This document shows, one piece after another, positions 26,580-39,000 of a stretch of 56,894 nt of DNA. The DNA lies in IMG/VR virus record IMGVR_UViG_3300047299_000127, positions 1-56,894 of that record. One strand, 5' to 3'. Within the stretch, counting starts at the first letter, position 1. The number at the start of each line of letters is the position of its first letter. Origin of the DNA: a virus. Lineage: Duplodnaviria > Caudoviricetes. The notes under the pieces are model-generated. The model had not been told where the DNA came from. It did not search any database and worked only from the letters and a program-made list of their open reading frames with translations. The position numbers were made by a program, and so were the translations under genes.

Positions 26580-26977
26580 GCGACTTCACCCTCAACCCCG
26601 ATCTGATTGTCCAGGCCGCCGAGGTCTTGCAGCGCCAATGTCACGGTGCTGCCGATGCCGCTGGCTGGTGGCATGACCTTCAAACAGGCGAAAGCATCAC
26701 AACAAACCCGTACTGTTTCAGCAACAAGCTGTGCTTGATTCACAGTGAAGTCAGCGAATCCATGGAGGGTGACCGTAAGGGCCTGATGGATGACAAGCTG
26801 CCACACCGCCCCATGCGTGAAGTTGAACTAGCAGATGCAGTCATCCGCATCTTTGACCTGGCGGGCGCTTACCGCATGGACCTGGCTGGTGCCATTGCCG
26901 AAAAGATGGCATTCAACGCCAGCAGAGCAGACCACAAGATCGAAAACCGCGCCGCAGAAGGCGGCAAGAAATTCTGA
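26576..26977 (+). CDS. MazG-like NTP pyrophosphohydrolase
   Basis: KLCLIHSEVSESMEGDRK...EVELADAVIRIFDL...K...N..R. Confidence 0.82.
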   Translation: MSDFTLNPDLIVQAAEVLQRQCHGAADAAGWWHDLQTGESITTNPYCFSNKLCLIHSEVSESMEGDRKGLMDDKLPHRPMREVELADAVIRIFDLAGAYRMDLAGAIAEKMAFNASRADHKIENRAAEGGKKF

Positions 26978-26986
26978 AAGAAAACC

Positions 26987-27208
26987 ATGAGCGCAACACG
27001 CCCCTACATCGTCACCGACAAAGCCGGTGCAACCCGCTTGGTGCAAGCCAGCAACCAAGCCCAGGCCCTGCGACACGCAGCCATCAACCAGTTCACGGTA
27101 CGCGCCGCCACTGCCAATGAGGTCCTGGAACTCATGACAAGTGGCGTCCAACCCGAAGTGGCCAGCCAGGAGGTGGCCACCCAAGACAAGGAGCAACCCG
27201 AATGCTGA
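26987..27208 (+). CDS. Hypothetical phage protein
   Basis: RLVQASNQAQALRH motif. Confidence 0.7.
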   Translation: MSATRPYIVTDKAGATRLVQASNQAQALRHAAINQFTVRAATANEVLELMTSGVQPEVASQEVATQDKEQPEC

Positions 27209-27702
27209 ACAAGGCCCAGCTTATCGGCAGGCTGGGCCGTGATCCGGAGGTCCGGTACATGCCCAGTGGCGAGGCGGTCTGCAACTTCTCGATGGCCACC
27301 ACCGAGAAGTGGAAGGACAAGGCCAGCGGAGAGGTCAAGGAAGAGACCACCTGGCACCGCATCACCGCCTTCGGCAGACAAGCCGAGATCGTGGGCGAGT
27401 ACTTGAAGCAGGGCTCGCTGGTGTTCATCGAAGGCAAGATGACCCAGCGCAAGTACCAGGACAAGGACGGGGCCGAGAAAGTCTCGCACGAGATCCGCAT
27501 GCAGGACATGAAGATGCTCAGTAGCCGCGAAGGCGGGCAAGGCGGGCAAGGCGGGCAAGGCGGGCAAGGTAGCAGCGGCAATGCTGGCCAACCTGCGCAG
27601 CGCCCTGCTGCTGGCCAGGCATCCGGCCAGGCGCGCCCTGATCGCCCGCCCGTGCAGCGCAGCGGCTTTGACGACATGGATGACGACATCCCTTTTGACT
27701 AG
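27202..27702 (+). CDS. ssb: Single-stranded DNA-binding protein
   Basis: LNKAQLIGRLGRDPEVRY OB-fold; C-terminal DDDIPF. Confidence 0.97.
   Translation: MLNKAQLIGRLGRDPEVRYMPSGEAVCNFSMATTEKWKDKASGEVKEETTWHRITAFGRQAEIVGEYLKQGSLVFIEGKMTQRKYQDKDGAEKVSHEIRMQDMKMLSSREGGQGGQGGQGGQGSSGNAGQPAQRPAAGQASGQARPDRPPVQRSGFDDMDDDIPFD
27532..27567 (+). repeat. (GGCGGGCAA)4 tandem repeat in the SSB linker
   Basis: Seen directly; encodes GGQ x4. Confidence 0.85.
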
Positions 27703-27761
27703 GTGGCGCGTGCCCACCCTAAAAACACGCAACCATCCAGCCCACCCACCGAGACCCATCC

Positions 27762-28040
27762 ATGAGCGAACAAGACCAGCAACTCACCTTCACCGGCAGC
27801 CCAACAACGATTGGCACCGACATCTTCATCCAGTGCGTGATGCCCATCATCAAGCAGGTGCAGCAGCAACCCACGGCCAACGCCAAAAGCGTTGCGCAGT
27901 TCTACTCCGGGTTCATGGCCGCCCTCAGCGGCTGCATTGCCGCCGACTTCGACAAGGGCATCGCGGTGGAAATGCTGCGCGGCACCGCCGACCGGCTGGA
28001 GCGCACCGACCTACCAGGAGAGGAAGCTGTGCCTCACTGA
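27762..28040 (+). CDS. Hypothetical protein
   Basis: 92 aa ORF in the early operon. Confidence 0.65.
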   Translation: MSEQDQQLTFTGSPTTIGTDIFIQCVMPIIKQVQQQPTANAKSVAQFYSGFMAALSGCIAADFDKGIAVEMLRGTADRLERTDLPGEEAVPH

Positions 28041-28060
28041 GGCATCGGCTTGTCATCAAA

Positions 28061-28076
28061 TACCCGCATCCGGATA
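28061..28076. promoter_or_regulatory. Operator TACCCGCATCCGGATA upstream of the AlpA/excisionase gene
   Basis: Matches the operator family. Confidence 0.65.
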
Positions 28077-28080
28077 AACA

Positions 28081-28305
28081 ATGACCAGACTCATCAACCG
28101 CAAAACTCTTCTCGGAATGATCCCGCTGTCTGAGCGGGCGATCTACGACATGGAGCAGCGCGGCGACTTCCCGCGCCGCATTGCCCTCACCAGTCGCAAC
28201 GTGGCGTGGCAGTTGGACGAGGTGGAGGCCTGGATTCAGCAGCGCAAGCTGTCTGGCGTCCAGGCCATGCGCCCAGGCATCACGCCGCAGGCTGTGGCCG
28301 CTTGA
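28081..28305 (+). CDS. alpA: AlpA-family excisionase/regulator
   Basis: LSERAIYDMEQRGDFPRRIAL..RNVAW..DEVEAW; convergent with the integrase. Confidence 0.9.
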   Translation: MTRLINRKTLLGMIPLSERAIYDMEQRGDFPRRIALTSRNVAWQLDEVEAWIQQRKLSGVQAMRPGITPQAVAA

Positions 28306-29488
28306 GCGTCCACCCGTCGATCATGTCTGCCCAGTCCTGCAACATGGCCGTGCGCTGCTCGCGGTACTCGGCCTTGTTGTACACCGCCCTCACCCCCTTT
28401 TGTTCGTGGGCCAGGGCCTTCTCGATCCAATCCGTGTTGTACCCAGCCTCGTGCAGCAACGTGCTGGCCGTGCGCCGCAAGTCATGCGGCCCGAACTTGG
28501 CCAAGGCCTTCCCGTCCTTCTGTGCATTGGTGTAGACCACCTCCAGCACCCGGTTGAGCGTGGCCGAACTCATCGGCTTGTCGATGTCGTAGCGCGATGG
28601 CAGCACATAGTCTGAGCCCCCCGCAAAGGTCTTGAGCGCGATGAAGAAATCCAACGCCTGCCTGGACAAATAGACGTTGTGCGGATTGCGCCGCTTCATC
28701 CGCTCCTTGGGGATCGTCCAAACCCCCTCAGTGAAGTTGATCTCAGACCACTTGGCATCGGACAGTTCTGACTTGCGCACCAGGGTCAGCAGCAGCAGCT
28801 TGGCTGCCGCCCTGAACTGAGGGCCGGTGCCCACCGTGTCCAGGTACTGGTACATGATGCCGATTTCCTCGGGCGACAGCGCCCGCTCCCTGGGCTTGAA
28901 CTTGGCGATGGCCGAAGGTCGCACCAGGTCGGCGGGGTTGTCCACCTTCTTCCCGCGCTCAGAGGCCCAGCGGTAAACCTGCATCACGATCTCGCGCACG
29001 TGCACAGCGGTGGCCGGTGCGCCGCGCTCCACGATGGTGTCTGTCAACAGCCGCAGATCCTCGTGCGTGATTTCTTCGAGCAGCTTGGCCGCGAACTTGG
29101 GCTTCAACTCGCGCTCATAGACCGAGCGGCGCATGTCGCGGGTGGAGTCGGCCATCTCGTAGCCGCGCAGCCACTTCTCAGCCCATGCGCCAAAGGACTT
29201 GGCATCCTTGACCCGCGCCTTGTCGCGGGCCTTCTCTCGCGCCGGAGATCTGCCATCGGCAATCATCCGCTTGGCCTCGTGCAGGCGCTCGCGGGCCTCA
29301 GCCAGCGTGAGCCCGCCCGTGCCGTATCGGCCAATGGTCAAAGTCTCCTGGCGACCGTTGATCGAGTAGTTGTAGCGAAAGGACACCGCACCGGCAGGCG
29401 TCACCGCCACATACATGCCATCGCGGTCGGGCACCTTGTACAGCGACTCCTTGGGCTTGAGGTTGCGCAGCTTGGTATCGGTCAGCAT
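28280..29488 (-). CDS. int: Tyrosine integrase, P4-like with arm-binding domain
   Basis: MLTDTKLRNLKP..DRDGMYV N-terminal arm domain; R(KSE), HDLRR, LAH, YN catalytic residues. Confidence 0.96.
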   Translation of the reverse strand: MLTDTKLRNLKPKESLYKVPDRDGMYVAVTPAGAVSFRYNYSINGRQETLTIGRYGTGGLTLAEARERLHEAKRMIADGRSPAREKARDKARVKDAKSFGAWAEKWLRGYEMADSTRDMRRSVYERELKPKFAAKLLEEITHEDLRLLTDTIVERGAPATAVHVREIVMQVYRWASERGKKVDNPADLVRPSAIAKFKPRERALSPEEIGIMYQYLDTVGTGPQFRAAAKLLLLTLVRKSELSDAKWSEINFTEGVWTIPKERMKRRNPHNVYLSRQALDFFIALKTFAGGSDYVLPSRYDIDKPMSSATLNRVLEVVYTNAQKDGKALAKFGPHDLRRTASTLLHEAGYNTDWIEKALAHEQKGVRAVYNKAEYREQRTAMLQDWADMIDGWTLKRPQPAA

Positions 29489-29511
29489 GGCGCACCCCTC
29501 AAATCAATGCC

Positions 29512-29892
29512 CAATACCATGATTTTTATGGTCACTCCAGGAACTCCTTTCCTGTTCAAAATCAACGACTTACGCCGTTTCAATACCATGCGCCTGTGGA
29601 TAAGTGCCGCATGGTATTCCGAAAATGGATATGGTATCAGGTAAGCGGTACCACGTGCCATGCCATCGGCAGGGCCTGCTTGGTGGGTCAAGTTGCTGCC
29701 AGTCAATGCCGAACAGCGGACGCAAAAAAGCCCGCTGTGGTGCGGGCTTAGGGGTGTTTTGCGCCTTTCAGTGCCTGGCGCTGCCAGACATAAAATCATT
29801 CCCATTCAATTCTCAATAGCACCGCTAAGTGCTTGAATTGCTTGGTTTTGTTGCAGTGCAACACAGGGCGATACCATGAATGATGCCATGCT
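29512..29892. other. attP region: core resembling the guaA 3' end, ATACCATG-type arm repeats, IHF sites
   Basis: Minus strand ATTGAATGGGAATGA (IEWE-stop) at 29810-29796; ATACCATG-like copies on both sides; IHF consensus AATCAACGACTTA at 29560-29572 and a near match at 29826-29838. Confidence 0.8.
29724..29749 (-). terminator. Rho-independent terminator, a replacement for the target gene after integration
   Basis: AAGCCCGC/GCGGGCTT stem with a T6 tract on the minus strand, just downstream of the att core. Confidence 0.75.
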
Positions 29893-30015
29893 CGGAAGTC
29901 CTCTACAAGACAAGGGCGTGCATCATTCGGACACGATCTGCACGAGATAACGAGATTCTATCAAGCGCGAAGATCAATTAGGTGGACGGGCGCGCAGTGC
30001 GCCCGCCCTCCCCCG

Positions 30016-33000
30016 TCACTTCACCTTCTCGGCCAGGTCTCGCATGATCTTGGTCTTTTTCTGGACCTCGACCTGCACGGCCTCCTGGAACTCATCTTGG
30101 GAGATCCGGTTGGTCTGACGCTGGCGCTTGAGTTGGGCGATGTTCTTCTCGACCTCAGCGATCTCGGCCTGGGCCTTGGCGTTGAGGTTGCGGCGCAGAA
30201 CGTCAGCCGGGTAGCTGCCCAGCTTCACCCCGAAGGATGAAGCCACGGCCTGGGCCACCGACATTTCACGCCCAAACGGATCGGTGCGGCCCTGGGTGGC
30301 CTCCACCACGCCCGTGGTGGCGTAGGTGCCCGGCAGGCCCAGCACATTGGGCGCAAAGGCCTTGTACAGGTGATCGGCCACCTTCTCGGCCTTCTGCAAC
30401 GGGGTGTCGGTGTCCAGGGTAATCGGTTTTCCGGTGAATGCCGACTTGTTGAACACCACTTCGCCAAACAGCACCAGCGGACCGCCAGGCATCATGCCCG
30501 GCAGGACCGGCACGGCAGCTTGGCCAGCGCCCACGTCAAACACATCGCCTACCGGGATGAAGCGGCGGATGTCCAGATAGACCGGCGAGCCGTGCTGATC
30601 GTTCCAGGGCATGCGGATGAGCTTGGGCACCATGCCCCAGATCTTCCCGGCCTTCTCTTCGGGCAGCAGCTTGCGCTCTTCATCGTCGCCATCGCCACCG
30701 GCCAGCATGCCGCCCAGCGCGTTGAGCGCACCGGCCAGCATCATCAGCTTCATGAGCTTGTGCGGCTTCTTGCCCGCGATCTCGGCCAGCATGGGCACAG
30801 CGCGGTAGGTGAAACTGATGAACGGCCAGGCCGACTGGCGCATCGCCTGAATCCACGGGGCATTGATGTGGTAGTCCAGGAATGAGCGGCGCGAGGCCTT
30901 GCCTGCATCGATGTCGGTTGCGCCTTCTTCCTTGGCCTTGAGCCAGGCAGCCAGGCGGAAAACATCGTCCTCGGCCTGGTACAGGTCGATCAGGCTGCTT
31001 GCCTCGGTACCGATGGCCTTGCCGGGCTTAGATCCCTTGAAGGCCTCCCAGGCTGTCGGGAAACGCAGCATCAGCGCGTTTTGCAGCGCCGACATCACGC
31101 CCACCTCAGCCTGGGCGGACTGCGCACCAGTGGCGGCCAACTCCTGCTCCAGCTTGGCCAACAGGGGCTCCAGCTGGTCCTTGGCGATCTCGTTCGTCAC
31201 CCATGAACCCACATCACCGCCCGAGTCGGTGTAGCGGTTCAGGATCTCGCGGGCGGCCTCGCGGTCGGCAATCCCGGCCTTGGCCAACTGGTTGCCCAGG
31301 TTGCCCAGCGCGCCCTTACCCTCACGCTGGCTGGCGGCCAGGATCAGGCGCAGGGACTTGGCCACGTGAGCCGCGCCCACGTCATGCCAGTCGGCCATGA
31401 CGAAGTTGGACATGACGTTGTTCATGTGCACGGCAGGCGACAGTGCGGTCTTGGCGGTTTTCCACATGCTCAGGATCTGGGCATAGGTGTCACCGAAAGG
31501 CTTGAACTGGCCATTGACCACCTGGCGCAGGTCATTCCAGACCGGGCCAGGCAGGTAGCGGCCAGCGAGCTTGCCGTACTTGGCCACGTTGGTGCCGCCG
31601 ATCTTGGTGTCGGGCACGCGCACCCACTCGCCGGGCTTGAAGGTGTCGCGGTACCGCTCAGAGGCCTCCACCACCTCGCCGGGGATGGTCTCACCTTCTT
31701 TCATGGCGTAGCTGTGCGCCATCCACTCCAGATAGCGGCCCACCTCCACGTCATGGATCATGCCGTGCAGTGTCTTGGCGATGGCAAAGCGGGCCTCATC
31801 GATCTCGCCCATGGATTCGCGCTCGTCCTTGGTGAAGTCGCGCCAGAAGATGACGTTCTCGCCCTTAACGTCCCGCACCTCGAACGTGCCAGCCTTGGAC
31901 CATTCCGAGTACTGGCTCGGGATGGTTTCACCGGCTGGCCAGTACGCCACCTCCAGCAGCTTGCCCAGGGCCTTGCCTTCCATGCCTTCAAGCGGCTTGG
32001 TGCCCTCGCCCGATGCGGCGCGGCGCTCCAGGCGCACGAACTTCTCGCCCTTGAGACCTGCATCGGCCTTGCCCTTGACCAGCTTGCGGCCCCACCACTC
32101 GGGCGCTGTGTTCTTGAGCTTGGCCATGGTGGCGGCCTCGGTCAGGCCCCGGCCCTTGTACTGGTCGCCCAGGATGGAAATCACACGGGCGCGCTTGGCT
32201 TTCTCGCCAGCGGTCTGCTCCAGGATGTGCTTGGCGTAGCTGCGGCGCAGGTAAGCGAACTTGTTGGCCTCGTAAGCCTCTGGGCTCAGTTGGCCAAGTC
32301 GGACAGCCTCACGCGAGAGCTGATCGATCATCTTCTGCACGTCCTGCAACACCTTCACCGATTCCTCGGGCAGGCCTTGCATCATGGACACATAGGCCTT
32401 GGGGTCGGCACCGTCCATGTTCATCCACTCGTAGGCCACGCGAGACTCTTCGCGGGTCAGGGTGGAGAGCTTTTCGATCAACTCGCCAGCCTTGCGCAGT
32501 TGGACACGCTGGCGGCCTTGCAGCAGCACGCGCTGATCGATCACCGCCTGGGGCACGCCATAGTCGGCAACCACGCCCGCCTTGATGGTCTCGGGGGTGT
32601 AGCGGTCCAGCAGGTAGCCCGCCCGGTCGTAGATCGCGCCGGTCAGGCGCTCGATGCCGGTGATCCGGGTCAAGCCCTTGGCCAAGGCATCCAGCGGGGC
32701 GCGGCTGCCTGCTTTCTGGCTCAGGATCTCGTCGGCGCGCTCGCGGGCATCCTTGCGGCGCGAAAGCATCACGCCACCCTCTGCCGGGTTCTTTTCGCGC
32801 CACTTGGCGGCCAAGCGCTCAAACAGCGGGTAGTCCTTGGCCAACATGTCCTCGACATCAGCAAAGCCTCGGGCGCGGGCCTCGGTTTGCAGCCACTTCT
32901 CCTGGCGCTCGATGTCATCCTTGAGGGTTGTGGACAGGCGGGTGTCGCCCATGTACCCCACTCGGCGCTCGGGGCTCTTGCCCGCCACGTACTCGCGGGC

Positions 33001-36000
33001 ACCGCGCACCAGTTCAGCGACAAACAGGTCGGCACGCTGCTGCTGGGTCAAACTGCCTTCCAGCAAGTCGCTGAGTTTGTTGGCCAGGTTCGTGAAACCA
33101 TGCTCCAGCAACCAGTCGCGCACCATGACCGTGACCTTGCGCCAGCCCTTGAGCTTGGCCAGTTGGGCGGTCGGGATGTCCACAATAGCCTCTTCCACGG
33201 CCTCGGCAGTGGACATCTTGTTGCCGCGCTTCTGAATGTCGAAGGCTGCCCGGCGCACGTTGGCGTTGTTGGCGTACACCAGCGCCATGGCGGTCTTGAG
33301 GCTATCGCCCAGCAAGGCGCGCAGGCCATAGTGAGCGGCCTCATGCTCAAGCAGCACGTGCTCTGCGCGGTTCATGTCAGAAAGACCTGATGCGAACAGG
33401 TACAGCGCGCCCTCGTGGAATGCGCCTTCAACGTCATCCCAGGCGTCCTGGCGGATGATGTACTCGCGCAGGCCCTTGGGTGCTTTGCTTGGATCTGCCA
33501 GCACCGTCACCTTGGGCATGTTGGGCATCTTGGCCTTGACGCCGCGCACCATGGCATCCAGGGCATCGACGCTCACGCTGCCAGAGGCTGCGCCAGCGCC
33601 GCGAGCCAGTCGGGTGTCCTCGGCGGGCTTGACCTCTGACGCCTCGGTGGCCATCCAGTCCTCGGCAGCCCCGCCATTGGTAGAGACTGCCTTGGTGATG
33701 GCCTCATCGGCGCTGGTGGCCTGCACATCGAAGCCCAGGCCAGAGGCCTTGTTTTCCACGCGCCAGGTCTTGGGCTTGGAATCGAGCGCGATCATGGTTT
33801 CCAGATCGTTGGCTTCCTTCACCTTGTCGGCCAGCATGCCAGCCATGGGGAAGGGCGACTCCAAACGGCTGGCCAGCGCATCGATCTGGGCCTTGGCCTC
33901 GGTGATGCGCTCGCGCATCTTGGCGGGCAGGCGTGCCACATCCGCCACCGCGTTTTGCGCACGCATGGCCACGCCGATGGCGCTGGTACCGGCGTCAGCG
34001 ATCAGCAGCAGGGGGTCAGGCGTGCCCAGCATCACCTTGGTCATGAACTGGCCTGCAACGGTCTCGCCGCCGAAAACGACAGGGAAACCGGAGATCTCGC
34101 CAATGGTCATGGGCTTGGTCTCGCCCTTGGCGGTCAGGTCCTTGTACTTGGCGATCAGGACTTCGGCCCAGTCGGCGCGCTCGGCCAGGGTCTTGCCCAT
34201 GACCTTGGCGCGGAACTTGTCGCCAGACAGGTCCTGCACCATGGCGGCCATCTTCTCGGCCTCGGGCATGCGCTTTTCGTTGAACTCCACGGTTGTGCGC
34301 GCCATGTCGTACTGGGACTTGAAGCGGGCGCGCTGGTCCTCGTGGGCGCGGTACAGGCGCTGGAGTTTTTCGATCTCGGCGCGAGCCCCTGCCAGTTGCA
34401 GGATGCGCGGATCTTCGGCCACCATGGCAGCGGCCAGGTCGTACTGGCTTTGGCTGTCCAGATCCTCCAACTCGCGCAGGTTCGCGTCACCGCTCAAGGC
34501 CTGATCGATGAAGAACTGTTTGGATGCGAGCATCTTCCACATGTTCTCGTCGTAAGTGCCCTTGGCGGCGTAGGCGTACAGCTGCACCAGCGGGTTCTTG
34601 TTGCCCTGGCGCACGATGCGGCCTTCGCGCTGCTCCAGGTCAGCCGGGTACCACGGCGAATCCAGGTGGAACAGGGCTTTGAGGCGTTGCTGTGCGTTCA
34701 CGCCCGTGCCCATGTTCTTGCTGGAGCCCACCAGCAGGCGCACCCGGCCAGCGTTCACGTCCTTGAACAGCTTGAGCTTGTCCGCCGACTTCTTGTAGTC
34801 GGACATGAAAGCCACCTGATTCATGGGCACACCAGCATCGCGCAAGCGCTTCTCGAACCAGGCGCGTGCATTGAAGCCGCGATTGGCGGCCACGCCCTCC
34901 CCAAAGCCCAGGTCAGAAAACACCATCGTGGCCGCGCCCTTGTTGGGCTCGACGTTGCCCGCCTTGTCTCGGTACTCCATGTCCTTGGTCTCATCCAGGA
35001 CACGAATCACGTCATCGATCATGCGGTTGAGCTTGGAGTCCGGGTCACTGGGCAGTGTCGGGTCCATGAAACGCATGTCGATGGCCGCCAGGCGGCCATC
35101 GCCAATGATGCGGATCATCGGGTCAGGGTTGTTCGGCTCGTCCTTGGTCGGCTTCCAGGCGCGGGACTTCTCCACACGGGCAGAGAGTTCAGACTGGTAC
35201 CCGTCGTAGGCCTCGGTCTTGGGCGTGACGATGATCCTGCGAGATCCACCCTCCACTTTCGGGCGCTTGTCGCCCAGCAGTGCGGCCAAGGTGTCCGAGG
35301 TCAAAACGTCCGCATACTCGCGGAACATCTGGGTCAACTCGGGCACGTTCACAAACTTGCTGAACCGGGTCACGGGCTCATACTTGCCAGCGGCATTGGG
35401 CTCCAGCACCGTGCGCTCGCGCCCGAACATCGAGGCCCAGGAATCGAAGTCCTCAATGCCGCGATCTTCCAGGGCCTGGCGGTCCATGAACTTCTGCACC
35501 GTGTACAACTCGGCCAGGGTGTTGGTCACGGGCGTGCCCGATGCCAGGACCAGCGAGCGGCCCGGATTTTTCTGCTCCAGGTAGCGGGCCTTCATGAACA
35601 GGTCAAAGGAACGGGCAGAGCCTTGCGGGCTGATGCCCTTGACCTGGCGCGAAGTCGTGAAATCGAGCTTGCGGAACTCGTGGGCCTCGTCCACGTAGAG
35701 CATGTCCACGCCCAACTCATCGAATCGGACGTTGGTGTCCTTGCCGGTCGATGCCATGGCAGCTTCCAGCTTTTGCTCCATGTTCTCGATCTGCTTTTCG
35801 ATCTGCTTGATGCGTGGGGACTTCTTGCCGCCCTTGCCATCCTCGGCCTCGGCCTCTTCTAGGGCAGCGCGCATGTAGTCCAGCTGCTCCTCGATCATCT
35901 GGCGCTTGAATTCGGGGTCCAGGTCCAGCAGCTTGAAAGCGCTGTGCGTGATGACCACGCCATCGAGGTCAGACAGAGCCACACGCGAGACAAAGCGGCG

Positions 36001-39000
36001 GCGGTTGTCGGTGTGGAAGTTCTTTTCGTCGGCCACCATCAGGCGGGCAGCCGGGTAAAGCATCTGCCACTCGTGCGCAAACTGCTTGAGCATGTGGTTG
36101 GGCACCACGATCATGGGCTTCTTGATGAGGCCAAGGCGCTTTTGCTCCATGGCCGAAATGACCATCTGGAAGGTCTTGCCCGAACCCACGGCGTGCGCCA
36201 GGTAGGTGTTGCCGCGCTGGATGATGCGCCAGGCCCCGCGCTTGACGTGATCGAACACGCTGAACGCCTTGGAGGTGCCCGGCAGCGTCAGGTGGCGACC
36301 GTCAAAGGATCGCGGCACCGTGGTGTTGAAGGTGTCGTTGTAGATCCGCACCAGGCTATCGGTGCGCTCGGCATCCTTCCAGATCCAGTTGCCGAAGGCC
36401 TCGCGCAGCGCTTCGAGCTTTTGGTTGGCGGCTTCGGTACCGGCAGCATCAAAGACCGTGGTCTTGTCCTTGCCGTAGCCCTGGCTCTTGGTGATGCGGA
36501 TGGGCCTGCCGGTCAGGGCATGCTCCATGATGTCCGTCACGTTGCGGTCAGCCGTGCCCCAGTCGGCGGTGGCCTGCATGGTCTTGCCGCCACTTGTCTC
36601 CTGAACAGACCATTGCTTGGTGCGCTCATTCCAGGACACCTCAGCACGCACACCGGCCAACTCGCGCAGGAATTGGCTGTACACAGCGCCGGGCACCCAG
36701 TTCATGCCAATGCCCACGTTGATCTGGCTCGGGGTCTTGGGCGCGGGCTGGGCAGCTTCCAGGGCGGCCACATTGCGCTCAAAGCGCTTGTCGGTCTTGG
36801 CAGCCGTGCGGGCTTCATCCAGTTTGCGCTTGACGTTGCCGCTCAAGTACTCGTCGGCAGTCACCCACCCAGCGGCAGGGTCCTCATAGATGGCAGAGCC
36901 CAGGGCCTCGATGGTCTCGGCCTCGGTCAACCCCACGCGCTGGGCGATCAGGGGAATGTCCACGTGCCCCACATCGTTGAGCGATGACAGCATCGCATCG
37001 ACGGGGGTGTTGACGCTGGCGGCATCGGGCTTGCCCAGCACGCGCTCGGTCAGGAAGGCGCTGGGCTTGATCTCGCCCGTGTCCTCGTTGATGGTCTCCA
37101 GCGCCGCGACCAGGGTGTAATCCGGGTCATCCTCCAGCTTGCGCAGCAGGGTGTAGACGCGCACCTGGGTTTCATCGGTGTAGGTCTCGCCCGTGTCCTC
37201 ATCGACCACCTTGGACTTGACGGACTTGAGCGTGAATTGGTTGATCTGGCCGTGCTTCTTGGTGAAGTCGGCATAGGCCTTTTGCAGCGCCTTGATGCTG
37301 GTTTCCCAATCGCCCTCGTTCAACTGGTCGTAGTGCGCCTGCTTGAGGGCATCGCGCAGCGGCACGAAGTCCTTGACCAGTTGCACATCGGCCTGCGAGC
37401 GCAGTTCCACGCGCTGGCCCACCCCACCCTCGCGCACCATCAGCGCGCCGGAGTCGCTGACGTAGTAGTTACCCTCTTTCTTGGCCTTGGGGTTGAAGTC
37501 GATCTCGCGGACCTTGGCCGCTTCGGCGGAAGATCCGCGCTCGGCGGTGTAGATGCCCTCGGGCAGGCGGTTGATCGCCTTGTCGAACAGGGCCTCGATG
37601 TCGCCATCGAGCGGCGCGACCGTGTATTCGCGGTCCTTGTACATGGAGCCCGCATCGGAGTGCGTGCCCAGCACCATGTCAGGGTTGGCCACGAAGTACT
37701 CGTTGATGTTGTAGTCGTTGCCGTTGACCTTGAGCGGCACCGACTTGCCCCAGGACTGCGCGCCCTCAAAGGTCTCGCCGGGCACTTTCTTGCGCAGGAA
37801 GATCACATCCGTGACCACCTCGGTACCGGCGTTTTGCTTGAAGGCGGTTTGCGGCAAGCGAATCGCGCCCACCAGGTCCGCCCGGTCGGCCAGGTACTGG
37901 CGCGCCTTGTCGTCGAGCTTGTCCATGGTGTAGCGGCTGGTGACGTACACCACCAGGCCGCCCGGCTTGGTGCGATCAATCGACTTGGCAAAGAAGTAGT
38001 CGTGCAGGCTGAATGCCCGCTTGGCGTACTCTGGATCGCTCAGGATCTTGGTGCCGGAGAACGGCGGGTTGCCGACCGACACGTCATAGAAGTTCTTGGG
38101 CAACTTGGAGTCCACGAACGACTCAACCAGGATGCGCTCGTCGGGAAACAGTTGCTTGAGGATTCGGCCCGTGAAGGAGTCGAACTCGATGCCGGTGTAG
38201 ATCGAGTTGGCGGCCATGGCGGCAGGCATGAGGCCTGGGAACACGCCAATGCCAGCGCCCGGCTCCAGGATGGCCCCACCCTTGAAACCCATGCGGTCCA
38301 AGGCGCGCCACATCGAGCGCACCACTTCCTTGCTGGTGTAGTGGGCGTACTGGGTCGAGCGTGAGGCCTCGGCCCATTCCTTCTCGGACATGGACGCCTT
38401 GAGGCGGTTGCGCAACTCCACCCACTTGCGCACGCTGGGCTCGGGCTTGGCCTTGTCCAGCATCTCGCGGGTGATGTTGCCCGCCGTGTACCAGGTCAAC
38501 TGCGGGTTGCGGTATTGCAGGACCCGGAAGGCAGGCGCGTACTCGCCATATCGGGCGTTTGTCAGGAACGGGCGATCACCCAGGGCGGCAATGGCCTCGT
38601 CGTAGTTGGTCAGTGCTTCGGCGGCCTTGTCCAGCTTGTCGCCAAACAGATTGTTGGCGATCTCAGACGCGCCCCAGCCAATGAACTTGGCCAGCTTCGC
38701 CTGCTCTTCACGGGTGGCCTGGCGGCCATCCTTCTCCAGCGACAGCAGCAGTTCAATGGCTTCGAGGTTCTGCTCGGCCTTCTTGAACCAGCTGCCCTCG
38801 TAGGTCAGGTCGGAGGCTGAGAAGGCGTAGTTTCGTCCGGACTTTGCGGGGATGTCCCGTCCTGCGGGAACTCCAGCATTTCGGCCAGCACGATCTCGCG
38901 GTTGAGGCTGCTTGCCGTTCGCATCCTGGCCGCGCACTCCATCGGCCCCAGCTTGTCCCACCCCTCCTTGATCCGCTGCGTTTGCGTCAGCGTCACCACC

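Noticed and set aside
27532-27567. SSB 9-bp repeat as a phase-variation locus
   Set aside because: In-frame repeat in the normally variable Gly-rich linker
29984-30008. GC hairpin after the giant gene as an intrinsic terminator
   Set aside because: No adjacent U-tract on the minus strand; function uncertain
29489-30015. tRNA gene or tRNA fragment at the att site
   Set aside because: No cloverleaf or T-loop motif seen; the core matches a guaA-type protein end
31366-38364. Long plus-strand ORFs (347-674 aa) opposite the giant gene
   Set aside because: Typical high-GC antisense shadows over conserved domains, unlike the linker-confined nested ORFs
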